Shown: piece by piece, positions 9,464 to 18,028 of the stretch
Layout: the number at the start of each line of letters is the position of its first letter
How positions within the stretch are numbered: position 1 is the stretch's first letter
Source of the DNA: Candidatus Parcubacteria bacterium
GTDB taxonomy: Bacteria > Patescibacteriota > Minisyncoccia > Sungbacterales > SURF-37
NCBI GenBank assembly: GCA_003599755.1
Contig: QZJO01000013.1
Location: forward strand, 27,729 to 91,728
Length of the DNA stretch: 64,000 nt
Direction of reading: 5' to 3'
Position numbers and translations under genes: made by a program
The notes under the pieces: model-generated
What the model was told of the DNA's origin: nothing
Databases searched by the model: none
What the model saw: the letters and a program-made list of their open reading frames with translations, nothing else

Positions 9464-12334
9464 ATGCCGCGGCCGTACGACCCCAAAGCCATTGAAGCGA
9501 AATGGACCAAGCGCTGGCTCAAGGAAAAAACCTATGAGCCGAACTTTTTGCGCGCGAAACGTCCGTTTTACAACTTGATGATGTTTCCGTATCCCTCGGC
9601 CGAAGGCCTGCACATCGGCAGCGTGCGCACGTTTTCGGGCGTGGATATCTACGGGCGGTTCAAACGCATGCAGGGCCACGACGTATTTGAACCGATGGGC
9701 TTGGACGGGTTCGGCATTCATTCCGAAAACTACGCCCTGAAGGTCGGCAAGCATCCGGCGGATTTGGCCAAAGTCACGGCGAAAAATTTCTATCGCCAGC
9801 TTTCCGAGATCGGCAACGGGTTCGCCTGGGACGAGCGCTTGGAAACGTACGACCCGAAGTATTACCGCTGGACGCAATGGATCTTTGTTCAGATGTTCAA
9901 GCGCGGCCTCGCATACCGCAGAAAGCAGGCCGTGAACTGGTGCCCGTCTTGCAAGACCGTGCTTGCCGACGAACAGGTTATTTCGGGCGAATGCGAACGG
10001 TGCGGGACCGCGGTCGTCAAAAAAGACCTCGAACAGTGGTTTTTCAGAATCACCGAGTACGCCGATCGGCTGCTGAAAAACATCGATGCGCTCAACTGGT
10101 CCGAGAAGATAAAAATCGCCCAGAAGAATTGGATCGGCAAATCCGAAGGCGTGGAGATAAAATTTTCGCTGGAAAAAATCCCCGGCCAGAAAGACGGTGC
10201 TCACTCGGTTACGGTGTTTACCACGCGGCCGGATACGCTCTTTGGCGCGACGTTTCTCGTCATTTCGCCCGAGCTTGCTGATCAATGGATGCACGTGGGC
10301 TGGCGCGCGCCCGAGAAGGTGCGCCGCTACGTTGCCGCCGCGTTGAAGCGCCGCATCGGCGAACCCGCGGCAGGCGATCGGGCAAAGACCGGCGTGGATG
10401 CCGGCTTCGTGGCCGTGAATCCGGCGACCGGCGCGCGGATTCCGGTCTGGGTTTCGGATTACGTGCTCGCCGGCTACGGCACGGGCGCGATCATGGCCGT
10501 GCCCGCGCACGACCAGCGGGACTACGAGTTCGCCAAACAATTCGGCTTGGAAATCGTTTCGGTGATCGATCCGGTCACCGGTACGCCTCAGGAGAATCCG
10601 CGCGAGAAGAAAAAAATCGTCGCCTTCGTGGAAGACGGCGACGCGGTCCTGACCGTACAGTGGGGTCCGGAGCTTGGCGGGCGGTTGCTGATCGGCGGGA
10701 CCGTTGAGGACGGCGAGGATCCGGCGGCAACGGCGCGGCGTGAAATCGCCGAAGAAACGGGATATACCGACGTGGAACTTATCGAGCGGGCGCCGGAGAC
10801 CGTGCATCACCGATACTTCGCTCCTTCGAAGGGCATCGCCTTTCACGCCGCGGTAACGGTGCTCCGTTTCCGGTTGAATAACAAGAAACGGAACGCTCAG
10901 AAACTCGAAGAGAATGAACGGGGCAAGTTTGTAGTGGAGTGGGTGCCGAAATCTCAAGCGCTGCGGGAAGTCACTGATCCGCTGCATCGCTATGCGTTGG
11001 CGAAATACGGCGAAGGAATGGTATACGACGGGCCCGGCGTGCTCGCGCGCTCAGGGAAATTCACCGGCATGCCGTCCGAAGAAGCGAAATGGGCTGTTGC
11101 CGAGGCGGTCGGCGGCACGCGGGTGGCGCGCTACCGCCTGCGCGATTGGCTTTTGTCGCGGCAGCGCTATTGGGGCCCGCCAATTCCGATGATCTATTGC
11201 GACGCGTGCGCCAGGGCGAATAAAGGCGAGCGCGCGGACATGCCCGGATGGTATGCGGTACCGGAGCGCGAGCTCCCGGTGAAGCTTCCGCAGGTCAAAG
11301 AATTTCGGCCCACGGGCATAGGCGTATCGCCGCTGGCAAGCGTGCGTTCGTTTTACGAAGCGCGGTGCCCGGCCTGCAACGCGAAGGCCCGGCGCGAGAC
11401 CGACGTATCGGATACGTTTTTGGATTCGGCGTGGTACTTCCTCCGCTATCCGTCGGTGCGCGAAGCGAAACGGCCGTGGCATTCGGCGATCACCAAGAAG
11501 TGGCTGCCGGTGGCGAGCTACATCGGCGGCGCGGAACACGCGGTACTGCATCTGTTGTATGCGCGGTTCCTCACAATGGTGTTCCATGACTGGGGCATGG
11601 TGGATTTCGAAGAACCGTTCGCGACGTTCCGCGCGCACGGCCTGATCACCAAGGACGGGGCGAAGATGTCCAAATCCAAGGGCAACATCGTGAATCCGGA
11701 CGAATATTTCCGGCAATACGGCGCGGATACTATGCGTACGTACCTTGCCTTTTTGGCGCCGCTGGAACAGGGCGGCGACTTTCGCGACGAAGGCATTCGC
11801 GGCATTACCCGATTTTTGGAGCGTGTCTGGAAATTCTACGACGGCGCGCAGTTTTCCGCGCGGTCGGATAATGCGGTCGCGCGCGCCGCGCATCGGGCCG
11901 CCGACAAAGTCGGCCGCGACATCGAGGCGCTGCAATACAACACCGCGATCTCGGCGCTCATGGTATTGTTGAACGAATTCGAAAGGCGCCCGGACGCAGT
12001 GGGCAGGCGCGAAGCCATGCGGTTTCTCCAACTGCTTGCGCCGTTCGCGCCGTTCATTGCGGAAGAATTGTGGGATCGGTTAAGCGGGAAGGGAAGTATT
12101 CACTGCAGCCGTTGGCCCGAAGTCGATCCGCGGTTCCTCAAAGACGAGACGGTCCAGATCGCCGTGCAGATCAACGGCAAAGTGCGCGATCACATTGCGC
12201 TCGCGCCCGATACGGGGGCAGTAGATGCCCGGAAGGCCGCCTTGGCGCTGCCGAAAGTCCGCGAAATGCTCGGCGCCAACGAACCGAAGAAATTCGTCTA
12301 TGTGCCGGGACGCATCATTAATATCGTGATTTAA
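9464..12334 (+). CDS. leuS: Leucine--tRNA ligase with inserted Nudix domain
   Basis: MFPYPSAEGLHIGS, FTTRPDT and GTGAIMAVPAHDQRD (editing domain), SRQRYWG, KMSKSKGN; Nudix box at about 10697-10765. Confidence 0.96.
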   Translation: MPRPYDPKAIEAKWTKRWLKEKTYEPNFLRAKRPFYNLMMFPYPSAEGLHIGSVRTFSGVDIYGRFKRMQGHDVFEPMGLDGFGIHSENYALKVGKHPADLAKVTAKNFYRQLSEIGNGFAWDERLETYDPKYYRWTQWIFVQMFKRGLAYRRKQAVNWCPSCKTVLADEQVISGECERCGTAVVKKDLEQWFFRITEYADRLLKNIDALNWSEKIKIAQKNWIGKSEGVEIKFSLEKIPGQKDGAHSVTVFTTRPDTLFGATFLVISPELADQWMHVGWRAPEKVRRYVAAALKRRIGEPAAGDRAKTGVDAGFVAVNPATGARIPVWVSDYVLAGYGTGAIMAVPAHDQRDYEFAKQFGLEIVSVIDPVTGTPQENPREKKKIVAFVEDGDAVLTVQWGPELGGRLLIGGTVEDGEDPAATARREIAEETGYTDVELIERAPETVHHRYFAPSKGIAFHAAVTVLRFRLNNKKRNAQKLEENERGKFVVEWVPKSQALREVTDPLHRYALAKYGEGMVYDGPGVLARSGKFTGMPSEEAKWAVAEAVGGTRVARYRLRDWLLSRQRYWGPPIPMIYCDACARANKGERADMPGWYAVPERELPVKLPQVKEFRPTGIGVSPLASVRSFYEARCPACNAKARRETDVSDTFLDSAWYFLRYPSVREAKRPWHSAITKKWLPVASYIGGAEHAVLHLLYARFLTMVFHDWGMVDFEEPFATFRAHGLITKDGAKMSKSKGNIVNPDEYFRQYGADTMRTYLAFLAPLEQGGDFRDEGIRGITRFLERVWKFYDGAQFSARSDNAVARAAHRAADKVGRDIEALQYNTAISALMVLLNEFERRPDAVGRREAMRFLQLLAPFAPFIAEELWDRLSGKGSIHCSRWPEVDPRFLKDETVQIAVQINGKVRDHIALAPDTGAVDARKAALALPKVREMLGANEPKKFVYVPGRIINIVI

Positions 12335-12340
12335 TAACGA

Positions 12341-13021
12341 ATGGACGTCTTGCACCTGACCGAACGCAATATTGATGCGGCCGCGGACCATGCGGCTTCG
12401 CTGATCAAGCGCGGCGGCATCGCGGCGGTGCCGACCGATACCGTCTATGGCCTAGTCGGCGATGCGCTGCGGCCGTCTTCAGTGGGCAAGATTTACCGTA
12501 TCAAGGCGCGCGCGTTTACCAAGGCCTTGCCGATTTTCGTGCGGGATATCGCCATGGCGCAGCAATACGCCTACATCGAGCGGCGCCTGGTTCCGTTTTT
12601 GCAGGAAGTATGGCCCGGACCGACCACGATTATTCTGCGCAAAAAAGATGCGTTGCCCGATTCGCTGACCGGCGGCACCAACACGATCGGCATGCGCATT
12701 CCGGCCAGCCCCTTCATCGCCGCACTGCTCGCGCGGTTTGATAATCCGCTGGCCGAAACGTCGGCGAACATTTCGGGCAGCGAGCCGGCAACGACGGCCA
12801 GCGAAGTACAAAACACGTTCATGCATCACATCCCGCAGCCCGAGCTCGTGGTCGACGGCGGGAAAATCGAATCCGAGGGCCCTTCGGCCGTGCTCGATCT
12901 GACGCGGCCGGACAATCCCAAAATTTTGCGCATGGGCTCGATCACCAAAGAAAAGCTCGACGAAATGCTCGCGCAGTGGAACCGCTTCGCGTCCCAGGAG
13001 GGCATACCAAACGGCAACTGA
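12341..13021 (+). CDS. tsaC: Threonylcarbamoyl-AMP synthase (TsaC/YrdC/Sua5)
   Basis: PTDTVYGL, IYRIKAR...KALP, WPGPTT, TSANISG. Confidence 0.93.
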   Translation: MDVLHLTERNIDAAADHAASLIKRGGIAAVPTDTVYGLVGDALRPSSVGKIYRIKARAFTKALPIFVRDIAMAQQYAYIERRLVPFLQEVWPGPTTIILRKKDALPDSLTGGTNTIGMRIPASPFIAALLARFDNPLAETSANISGSEPATTASEVQNTFMHHIPQPELVVDGGKIESEGPSAVLDLTRPDNPKILRMGSITKEKLDEMLAQWNRFASQEGIPNGN

Positions 13022-13074
13022 TATGGACGAGGAGCTCCGCGCCGCAGAGCGGCGCGGTACCTCGCGACAAACAC

Positions 13075-14328
13075 ATGAAAAAAACTTCACTCGGGAAAAC
13101 CGACCCCGCGCTCGCGCGGCTCATCCGCGCCGAAGCCAAGCGCCAAGAAGAAATGCTGGATCTGATTCCTTCGGAAAATTTCGCGTCGGTTGCGGTGCGC
13201 GAAGCTGTGGGCTCGGTGCTCACGAATAAATACTCGGAAGGATATCCAGGCAAACGCTATTATCCCGGCAACGCGATCGTGGACGAGATTGAGCTTCTTG
13301 CCCAGAAGCGCGCGCTTGCCGCGTTCAAATTGTCGCCCGATGCCTGGGCTGTCAATGTGCAGCCGTATTCGGGCTCGCCCGCGAACATTGCAATATACGC
13401 CGGCCTTATGGATATCGGCGATACGGTCCTCGGCATGGCGCTGGCGGCCGGCGGGCATCTGACGCACGGACACAAGGTAAACTTCTCCGGCCGCGCGTGG
13501 CACGCGGTCCAATACGGCGTGGCCGTTGCGACGGGGCGCATTGATTACGAATCTGTGCGCGCGTTGGCCGAGCGGCACAAGCCCAAAGTCATTGTTTCGG
13601 GTACGACCGCGTATCCGCGCCAGATCGATTTCAAAAAATTCGGCGCGATCGCCAAGCGCGCCAAGGCCTATCACGTCGCCGATATCTCGCACATCGCGGG
13701 GCTGGTCGCCGCGGGCGTCCATCCGTCGCCGTTCGGATATGCGGATGCGGTCATGACGACGACGCACAAAAGTTTGCGCGGCCCGCGCGGGGCCATCATC
13801 TTTGCGCGCAAAGCCGTCGCCGACCAGATCGATCGCGCGGTGTTTCCCGGCATGCAGGGCGGCCCGCATAATCACGTGACCGCGGGCATTGCGGCCATGT
13901 TTGCCGAAGCGCTCCGCCCTTCGTTCCGGCGCTATCAAAAGCAGATCGTGAAAAATGCGCAGGCGCTCGCGAGCGGATTATTGAGCCATGGATTCGCGCT
14001 CATCACCGGCGGCACGGACACCCATCTGGTGCTTGCCGACGTGCGGCCGTTCAATCTGGACGGCATGGCCGCCGAGCGGAAGCTCGAAGCGGTCGGCATC
14101 ACTGCGAATCGCAACACTATTCCCGGCGACGCGTCGCCCTTTCGGCCGTCGGGCCTGCGCATGGGTACGCCCGCGCTCACGACGCGCGGCATGCGCGAGA
14201 AGGAAATGCGCGAGGTCGCGGATCTGATTGCTGAGACACTCCGCGGGGGCGCGGCCGGCCCGATCAGGCGCCGCGTACAAAAGCTCTGTAAACGATTTCC
14301 CATCAATGGCAACGTTGCTCGACGGTAA
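13075..14328 (+). CDS. glyA: Serine hydroxymethyltransferase
   Basis: LIPSENF, NKYSEGYPGKRYY, GGHLTHG, TTTHKSLRGPRG, QGGPHNH. Confidence 0.97.
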   Translation: MKKTSLGKTDPALARLIRAEAKRQEEMLDLIPSENFASVAVREAVGSVLTNKYSEGYPGKRYYPGNAIVDEIELLAQKRALAAFKLSPDAWAVNVQPYSGSPANIAIYAGLMDIGDTVLGMALAAGGHLTHGHKVNFSGRAWHAVQYGVAVATGRIDYESVRALAERHKPKVIVSGTTAYPRQIDFKKFGAIAKRAKAYHVADISHIAGLVAAGVHPSPFGYADAVMTTTHKSLRGPRGAIIFARKAVADQIDRAVFPGMQGGPHNHVTAGIAAMFAEALRPSFRRYQKQIVKNAQALASGLLSHGFALITGGTDTHLVLADVRPFNLDGMAAERKLEAVGITANRNTIPGDASPFRPSGLRMGTPALTTRGMREKEMREVADLIAETLRGGAAGPIRRRVQKLCKRFPINGNVARR

Positions 14329-15142
14329 AGCCCTTGCGGGCCAGATTATCGAGGAACTTCGCGCGGAATACGCGAAGCTGCCGCGACCGCTTTCGCTCGC
14401 GATCGTGGTCGTCGGCGGCACCGAAGCGATCCGAAAATTCGTGGCGCAAAAGGAAAAAGTCGCCCATGAGCTTGGCGTGAATTTTCGCATGCATGAGTAT
14501 GACGCCGCGATCTCCACCGATGCATTGCGCAAGCGTATGGCGGCATTGGCCCATGACGCGGATCCGGACGGCATCATCGTGCAATTGCCGCTCGCCGAGC
14601 ATATCAATCAGCAGAGCGTTTTGAATGCCGTGCCGCCCGAAAAAGACGTGGACGTTCTCTCGGCGCGCGCGCTTGGGAATCTTTTTGTCGGAAAGCAACG
14701 AGTGCTGCCCGGCGTCGTCGGCGCGGTCAAGGCGTTGCTCGAGGCGTATGCCATAGATTGGACAAAAAAGGCCGCGGTGATCGTGGGTGCCGGGTTGCTT
14801 GTCGGCAAACCGATGGCTGCGTGGTTGTTAAACGAGCGGGTGACGTTTTCGGTCGTGCGCTCCACGACGTCCGACATCGGCGACTATATCCGGCGCGCGG
14901 ATGTGGTTATCACCGGCGTGGGCAAGCCGGGGCTTATTACCGCGGATATGGTCAAAGACGGCGCGATCGTCATCGATGCGGGTACGTCGGAATCGGCGGG
15001 AAAGCTCGTGGGCGACGTGGATTTCGAGCCAGTTTCGAACAAAGCGTCGTTCATCACGCCCGTGCCCGGCGGCGTGGGTCCGCTGACCGTGGCGATGATC
15101 TATAAGAATCTTTTGGAACTATACCGAGCAAAAAAGCGATGA
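14306..15142 (+). CDS. folD: Methylenetetrahydrofolate dehydrogenase/cyclohydrolase
   Basis: LLDGKALA, GIIVQLPL, EKDVD, ITPVPGGVGPLTVAM. Confidence 0.95.
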   Translation: MATLLDGKALAGQIIEELRAEYAKLPRPLSLAIVVVGGTEAIRKFVAQKEKVAHELGVNFRMHEYDAAISTDALRKRMAALAHDADPDGIIVQLPLAEHINQQSVLNAVPPEKDVDVLSARALGNLFVGKQRVLPGVVGAVKALLEAYAIDWTKKAAVIVGAGLLVGKPMAAWLLNERVTFSVVRSTTSDIGDYIRRADVVITGVGKPGLITADMVKDGAIVIDAGTSESAGKLVGDVDFEPVSNKASFITPVPGGVGPLTVAMIYKNLLELYRAKKR

Positions 15143-15690
15143 ACGCGTTCGATTTTTTCCTATTCGAATGGCTTAATGGACTCGTACTCCGCTGGCCGTG
15201 GTTCGATGCTGTGGTAATTCTTGCGGGCAAGAAACTGCCATACGGAGTAGGCATTGCGTTTGCGGTACTGTTTTTACTGCCGATTTTTCCTCGATTTCGG
15301 CAACGCGCATGGAAAAATTTGGAAATGTTTTTCGTGGCGCTCGGCGGAGCGATCATTGCGCGTCTCGTAGTGGCGGGGGCTATTCGTTACTTCTATGATC
15401 GACCCCGACCGTTTGAAGTAGTCGATAACGCGCGGCAGCTGATCGATCATGCGATTGGCGCCTCATTTCCATCGGGCCATGCGGTATTTTTCTTCGCGCT
15501 CGCGGCAGGAATCTGGCCGTATTACAAAAAAACGAGCGCGGCGTTTTTCGGAGCCGCAATGCTGGTTTCGATAGGCCGGATTATGGGCGGCGTGCATTGG
15601 CCCTCGGATATTATTGCAGGCGCCATACTCGGTATTGCGACGACCGGGCTCTTAGTTATGGCAACGCGACGCATCCGGTCCGAATCATGA
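15139..15690 (+). CDS. PAP2 family membrane phosphatase (undecaprenyl-diphosphatase BcrC-like)
   Basis: RPRP, SFPSGHA, GRIMGGVHWPSDI. Confidence 0.92.
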   Translation: MNAFDFFLFEWLNGLVLRWPWFDAVVILAGKKLPYGVGIAFAVLFLLPIFPRFRQRAWKNLEMFFVALGGAIIARLVVAGAIRYFYDRPRPFEVVDNARQLIDHAIGASFPSGHAVFFFALAAGIWPYYKKTSAAFFGAAMLVSIGRIMGGVHWPSDIIAGAILGIATTGLLVMATRRIRSES

Positions 15691-16961
15691 ATCTTGTTCC
15701 CGTTCCGGTACAGCCGCATGCGCGTTCGATACTCCGGCGATATCGGACGCTCAATCCGGGTTTATTTCGCCGTCTTCGCCGGGCGGGCGGGCGACTCACG
15801 GGGACTGCCGTATTGCATATCAGCGCCACGCCGCGCGGTGGCGGCGTGGCCGAAATACTCCAAAGCGAGGTTGCGCTCGAGCAGGGACTCGGCATGGACA
15901 GCCGGTGGTTGGTTATCCGCGCGCCGCGGAAATTTTTTGCCATCACGAAAAAAATTCATAACCTTCTGCAGGGAGCAGCGGGAAAGCTTACCGAGCAGGA
16001 AAAAGGATATTATCTTGCCGCAAACCGGGAGTTTGTCGCGGCGTTTGCTCGAGCCGCGCGCGGCGTTGAACGCGCGGTGGTGGTCGTGCATGATCCCCAG
16101 CCGCTTGCGATGATCGGCGGATTGCCGGCAGAAATTTCGACCGTACTGCGCCTGCATATTGATTTGGCGACGCCCGATCCCGCGACGCTCGAATTTTTCC
16201 GGCCGATGATCGACCGATACGACCGCGTCATCGTGAGCGAACGAGCGTACTTGGTTTCATTGCCGTGGCTGCGGCGCGCGAAAGCGCGCGTGATATTTCC
16301 TGCGATCGACCCGTTGTCCGAGAAGAACCGACCGATGTCCCGCCGTGCGGCCGAGCGTCTGCTGTTGGAATTCGGTATTGATTGTTCGCGGCCGCTCGTT
16401 ACGCAGGTCTCACGATTCGATCCTTGGAAAGACCCCATCGGTGTCGTTCAGGCGTACTATCGTGCAAAAAACGATATTCCGGATTTGCAATTGGCGCTTG
16501 CCGGCTTGCGTGTCGCGGTCGACGATCCGGAGGCAGAGGCCGTATTCCGGAAAGTGCGCAAGTTCGCGCGCGGCGATTCGGCAATTCATTTATTCGGGGA
16601 TCACGAGCAGCTCAAAACCGTTTCTGGTGACCGATTCGTCAGCGCGCTCTATACGGCAAGCGATGTCGTTATCCAAAAAAGCATTCGCGAAGGGTTTGGC
16701 CTGACGGTGGCCGAAGCACTGTGGAAAGGGAAGCCGGTCGTTGCCGGTATGACCATCGGCACCAAAGCGCAGATCCAAAATGGTAAAAACGGCCTGCTCG
16801 TCGCTTCGCCCGAGGAGGCGGCCTCAGCGATCATCAAACTTATGCGCGATCGCCGGCTTGCCGCGCGCCTCGGCGCGGCCGGCAAAAAATCCGTGCAGCA
16901 GCGGTTTTTGCTGCCGCGTCTCGCGCTCGATATGGCCAACGTCTTTGGAGAGTTGGTGTAG
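15687..16961 (+). CDS. GT4 glycosyltransferase, TreT-like trehalose synthase
   Basis: GGGVAEIL, TKKIHNLLQG, HDPQP, QVSRFDPWKDP, QKSIREGFGLTVAEALWKGKPV. Confidence 0.85.
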   Translation: MNLVPVPVQPHARSILRRYRTLNPGLFRRLRRAGGRLTGTAVLHISATPRGGGVAEILQSEVALEQGLGMDSRWLVIRAPRKFFAITKKIHNLLQGAAGKLTEQEKGYYLAANREFVAAFARAARGVERAVVVVHDPQPLAMIGGLPAEISTVLRLHIDLATPDPATLEFFRPMIDRYDRVIVSERAYLVSLPWLRRAKARVIFPAIDPLSEKNRPMSRRAAERLLLEFGIDCSRPLVTQVSRFDPWKDPIGVVQAYYRAKNDIPDLQLALAGLRVAVDDPEAEAVFRKVRKFARGDSAIHLFGDHEQLKTVSGDRFVSALYTASDVVIQKSIREGFGLTVAEALWKGKPVVAGMTIGTKAQIQNGKNGLLVASPEEAASAIIKLMRDRRLAARLGAAGKKSVQQRFLLPRLALDMANVFGELV

Positions 16962-16976
16962 CGATATTCGAAACTG

Positions 16977-17696
16977 CTACTGACGTAAGGCGAATGGGTT
17001 AAAGTTTGTTCCCTCGTCGTAGGTATCAAGACCTTCCTTACGCTTGATAATCTTAATTACTCTTTGGGTGATCGGGAGGACAATTATTTCCCAGGTTGTG
17101 GCGAAGACAACGGTTGTAATTGTAAGGGGGATAATCTCTTCTGCAGTAAACCAGCCAGCGAAATAAAAAGCGGTAAAGAATGCAATGGTATTGTCCACTG
17201 TTTGTCCAAAAAGTGTGGATAGGACGAGGCGCACACCTATAAATCTTCCTTGCGTCCAAAGCTTCATTTTTGCGACGACATAGGAGTTTGTTAGTTCTCC
17301 GGCAAAAAATGCAACAATAAATCCTAGAGCAATGATTGGTGCGGCCCGGAAGATTAGATTAAATGCCTCGTTGTACTCGAAACTAGGATTGGGTACAAAA
17401 CTATAAATTGAAGTAAGTGTTGCCGAAAGGAGCATACAGGCAAAGCCGGTCCACACGATTTTTCTAGTAACTCGGTAGCCGTACACTTCGGTAAAAATGT
17501 CGGCAAAGATATATACGAATGGATATGCTATTGCTCCCACGGAAAAAACGAGGCTGCCAATGTAAAAGGTTTTAAGTGAAGTAAAGGTGCCGACAAGCAA
17601 AACCGTGACCCATAACATTCCAAAAACTCCTAGCCATTTGTGTGGTTGTGCCGCCGAAACAGCTGGGTCTGTGATGAGTTGTTTTTCTTGCTTCAT
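16977..17696 (-). CDS. yhhQ: Queuosine precursor transporter (YhhQ/VUT family)
   Basis: DIFTEVYGY, R..STLFGQTVD, C-terminal EGLDTYD.GTNFNPF; visibly AT-richer than flanks. Confidence 0.88.
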   Translation of the reverse strand: MKQEKQLITDPAVSAAQPHKWLGVFGMLWVTVLLVGTFTSLKTFYIGSLVFSVGAIAYPFVYIFADIFTEVYGYRVTRKIVWTGFACMLLSATLTSIYSFVPNPSFEYNEAFNLIFRAAPIIALGFIVAFFAGELTNSYVVAKMKLWTQGRFIGVRLVLSTLFGQTVDNTIAFFTAFYFAGWFTAEEIIPLTITTVVFATTWEIIVLPITQRVIKIIKRKEGLDTYDEGTNFNPFALRQ

Positions 17697-17767
17697 ATGG
17701 GTAAGAAATTTCTTCCCAAAATGCAGGCCGCCAATTCATTTTATCCAAACTCGTTGATTTTTCTACT

Positions 17768-17831
17768 TGGTGCCGAGGGATGGAGTTGAACCCTCACGCC
17801 CTTGCGAGCAACGGATTTTGAGTCCGTTGTG
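17768..17831 (-). pseudogene. 3' remnant of a second tRNA-Leu(CAA): anticodon arm, variable arm, T arm, acceptor 3' strand with CCA; no 5' strand or D arm
   Basis: Minus strand ACGGA-CTCAAAA-TCCGT, GCTC-GCAA-GGGC, GAGGG-TTCAACT-CCATC, CCTCGGC-ACCA. Confidence 0.8.
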
Positions 17832-17850
17832 CCCCGAACTAAATTTTCTG

Positions 17851-17934
17851 TGCCGCGGGAGAGAGTCGAACTCTCATGAGGTTGCCCTCGCTGGATTTTG
17901 AGTCCAGTGCGTCTGCCAGTTCCGCCACCGCGGC
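17851..17934 (-). tRNA. tRNA-Leu(CAA)
   Basis: Acceptor GCCGCGG/CCGCGGC-A, anticodon arm CTGGA-CTCAAAA-TCCAG, long variable arm, GTTCGAC T loop; CCA not encoded. Confidence 0.95.
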
Positions 17935-17943
17935 GCACGGCTC

Positions 17944-17971
17944 ATTCTATCGCTTTTTCCAGCTTTTGCAA
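17944..17971 (-). promoter_or_regulatory. Sigma70-type promoter for tRNA-Leu
   Basis: TTGCAA-16 nt-TAGAAT on minus strand, 9 nt before the tRNA. Confidence 0.6.
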
Positions 17972-17978
17972 TAAGAAG

Positions 17979-18016
17979 CGCCCCGCCGCGTTCTGACTTC
18001 GAACACGACGGGGCGA
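17979..18016 (-). terminator. Hairpin terminator after glmS
   Basis: CGCCCCGTCGTGTTC...GAACGCGGCGGGGCG followed by a T-rich tract on minus strand. Confidence 0.55.
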
Positions 18017-18028
18017 TATAACGGCGGG

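Noticed and set aside
15139-15691. ATGAA at the start of both the PAP2 gene and the next gene as a target duplication (similarly ATGG at 48203/48531)
   Set aside because: ATGA overlaps are ordinary coupling, the extra matching base is expected by chance, and there are no TIRs
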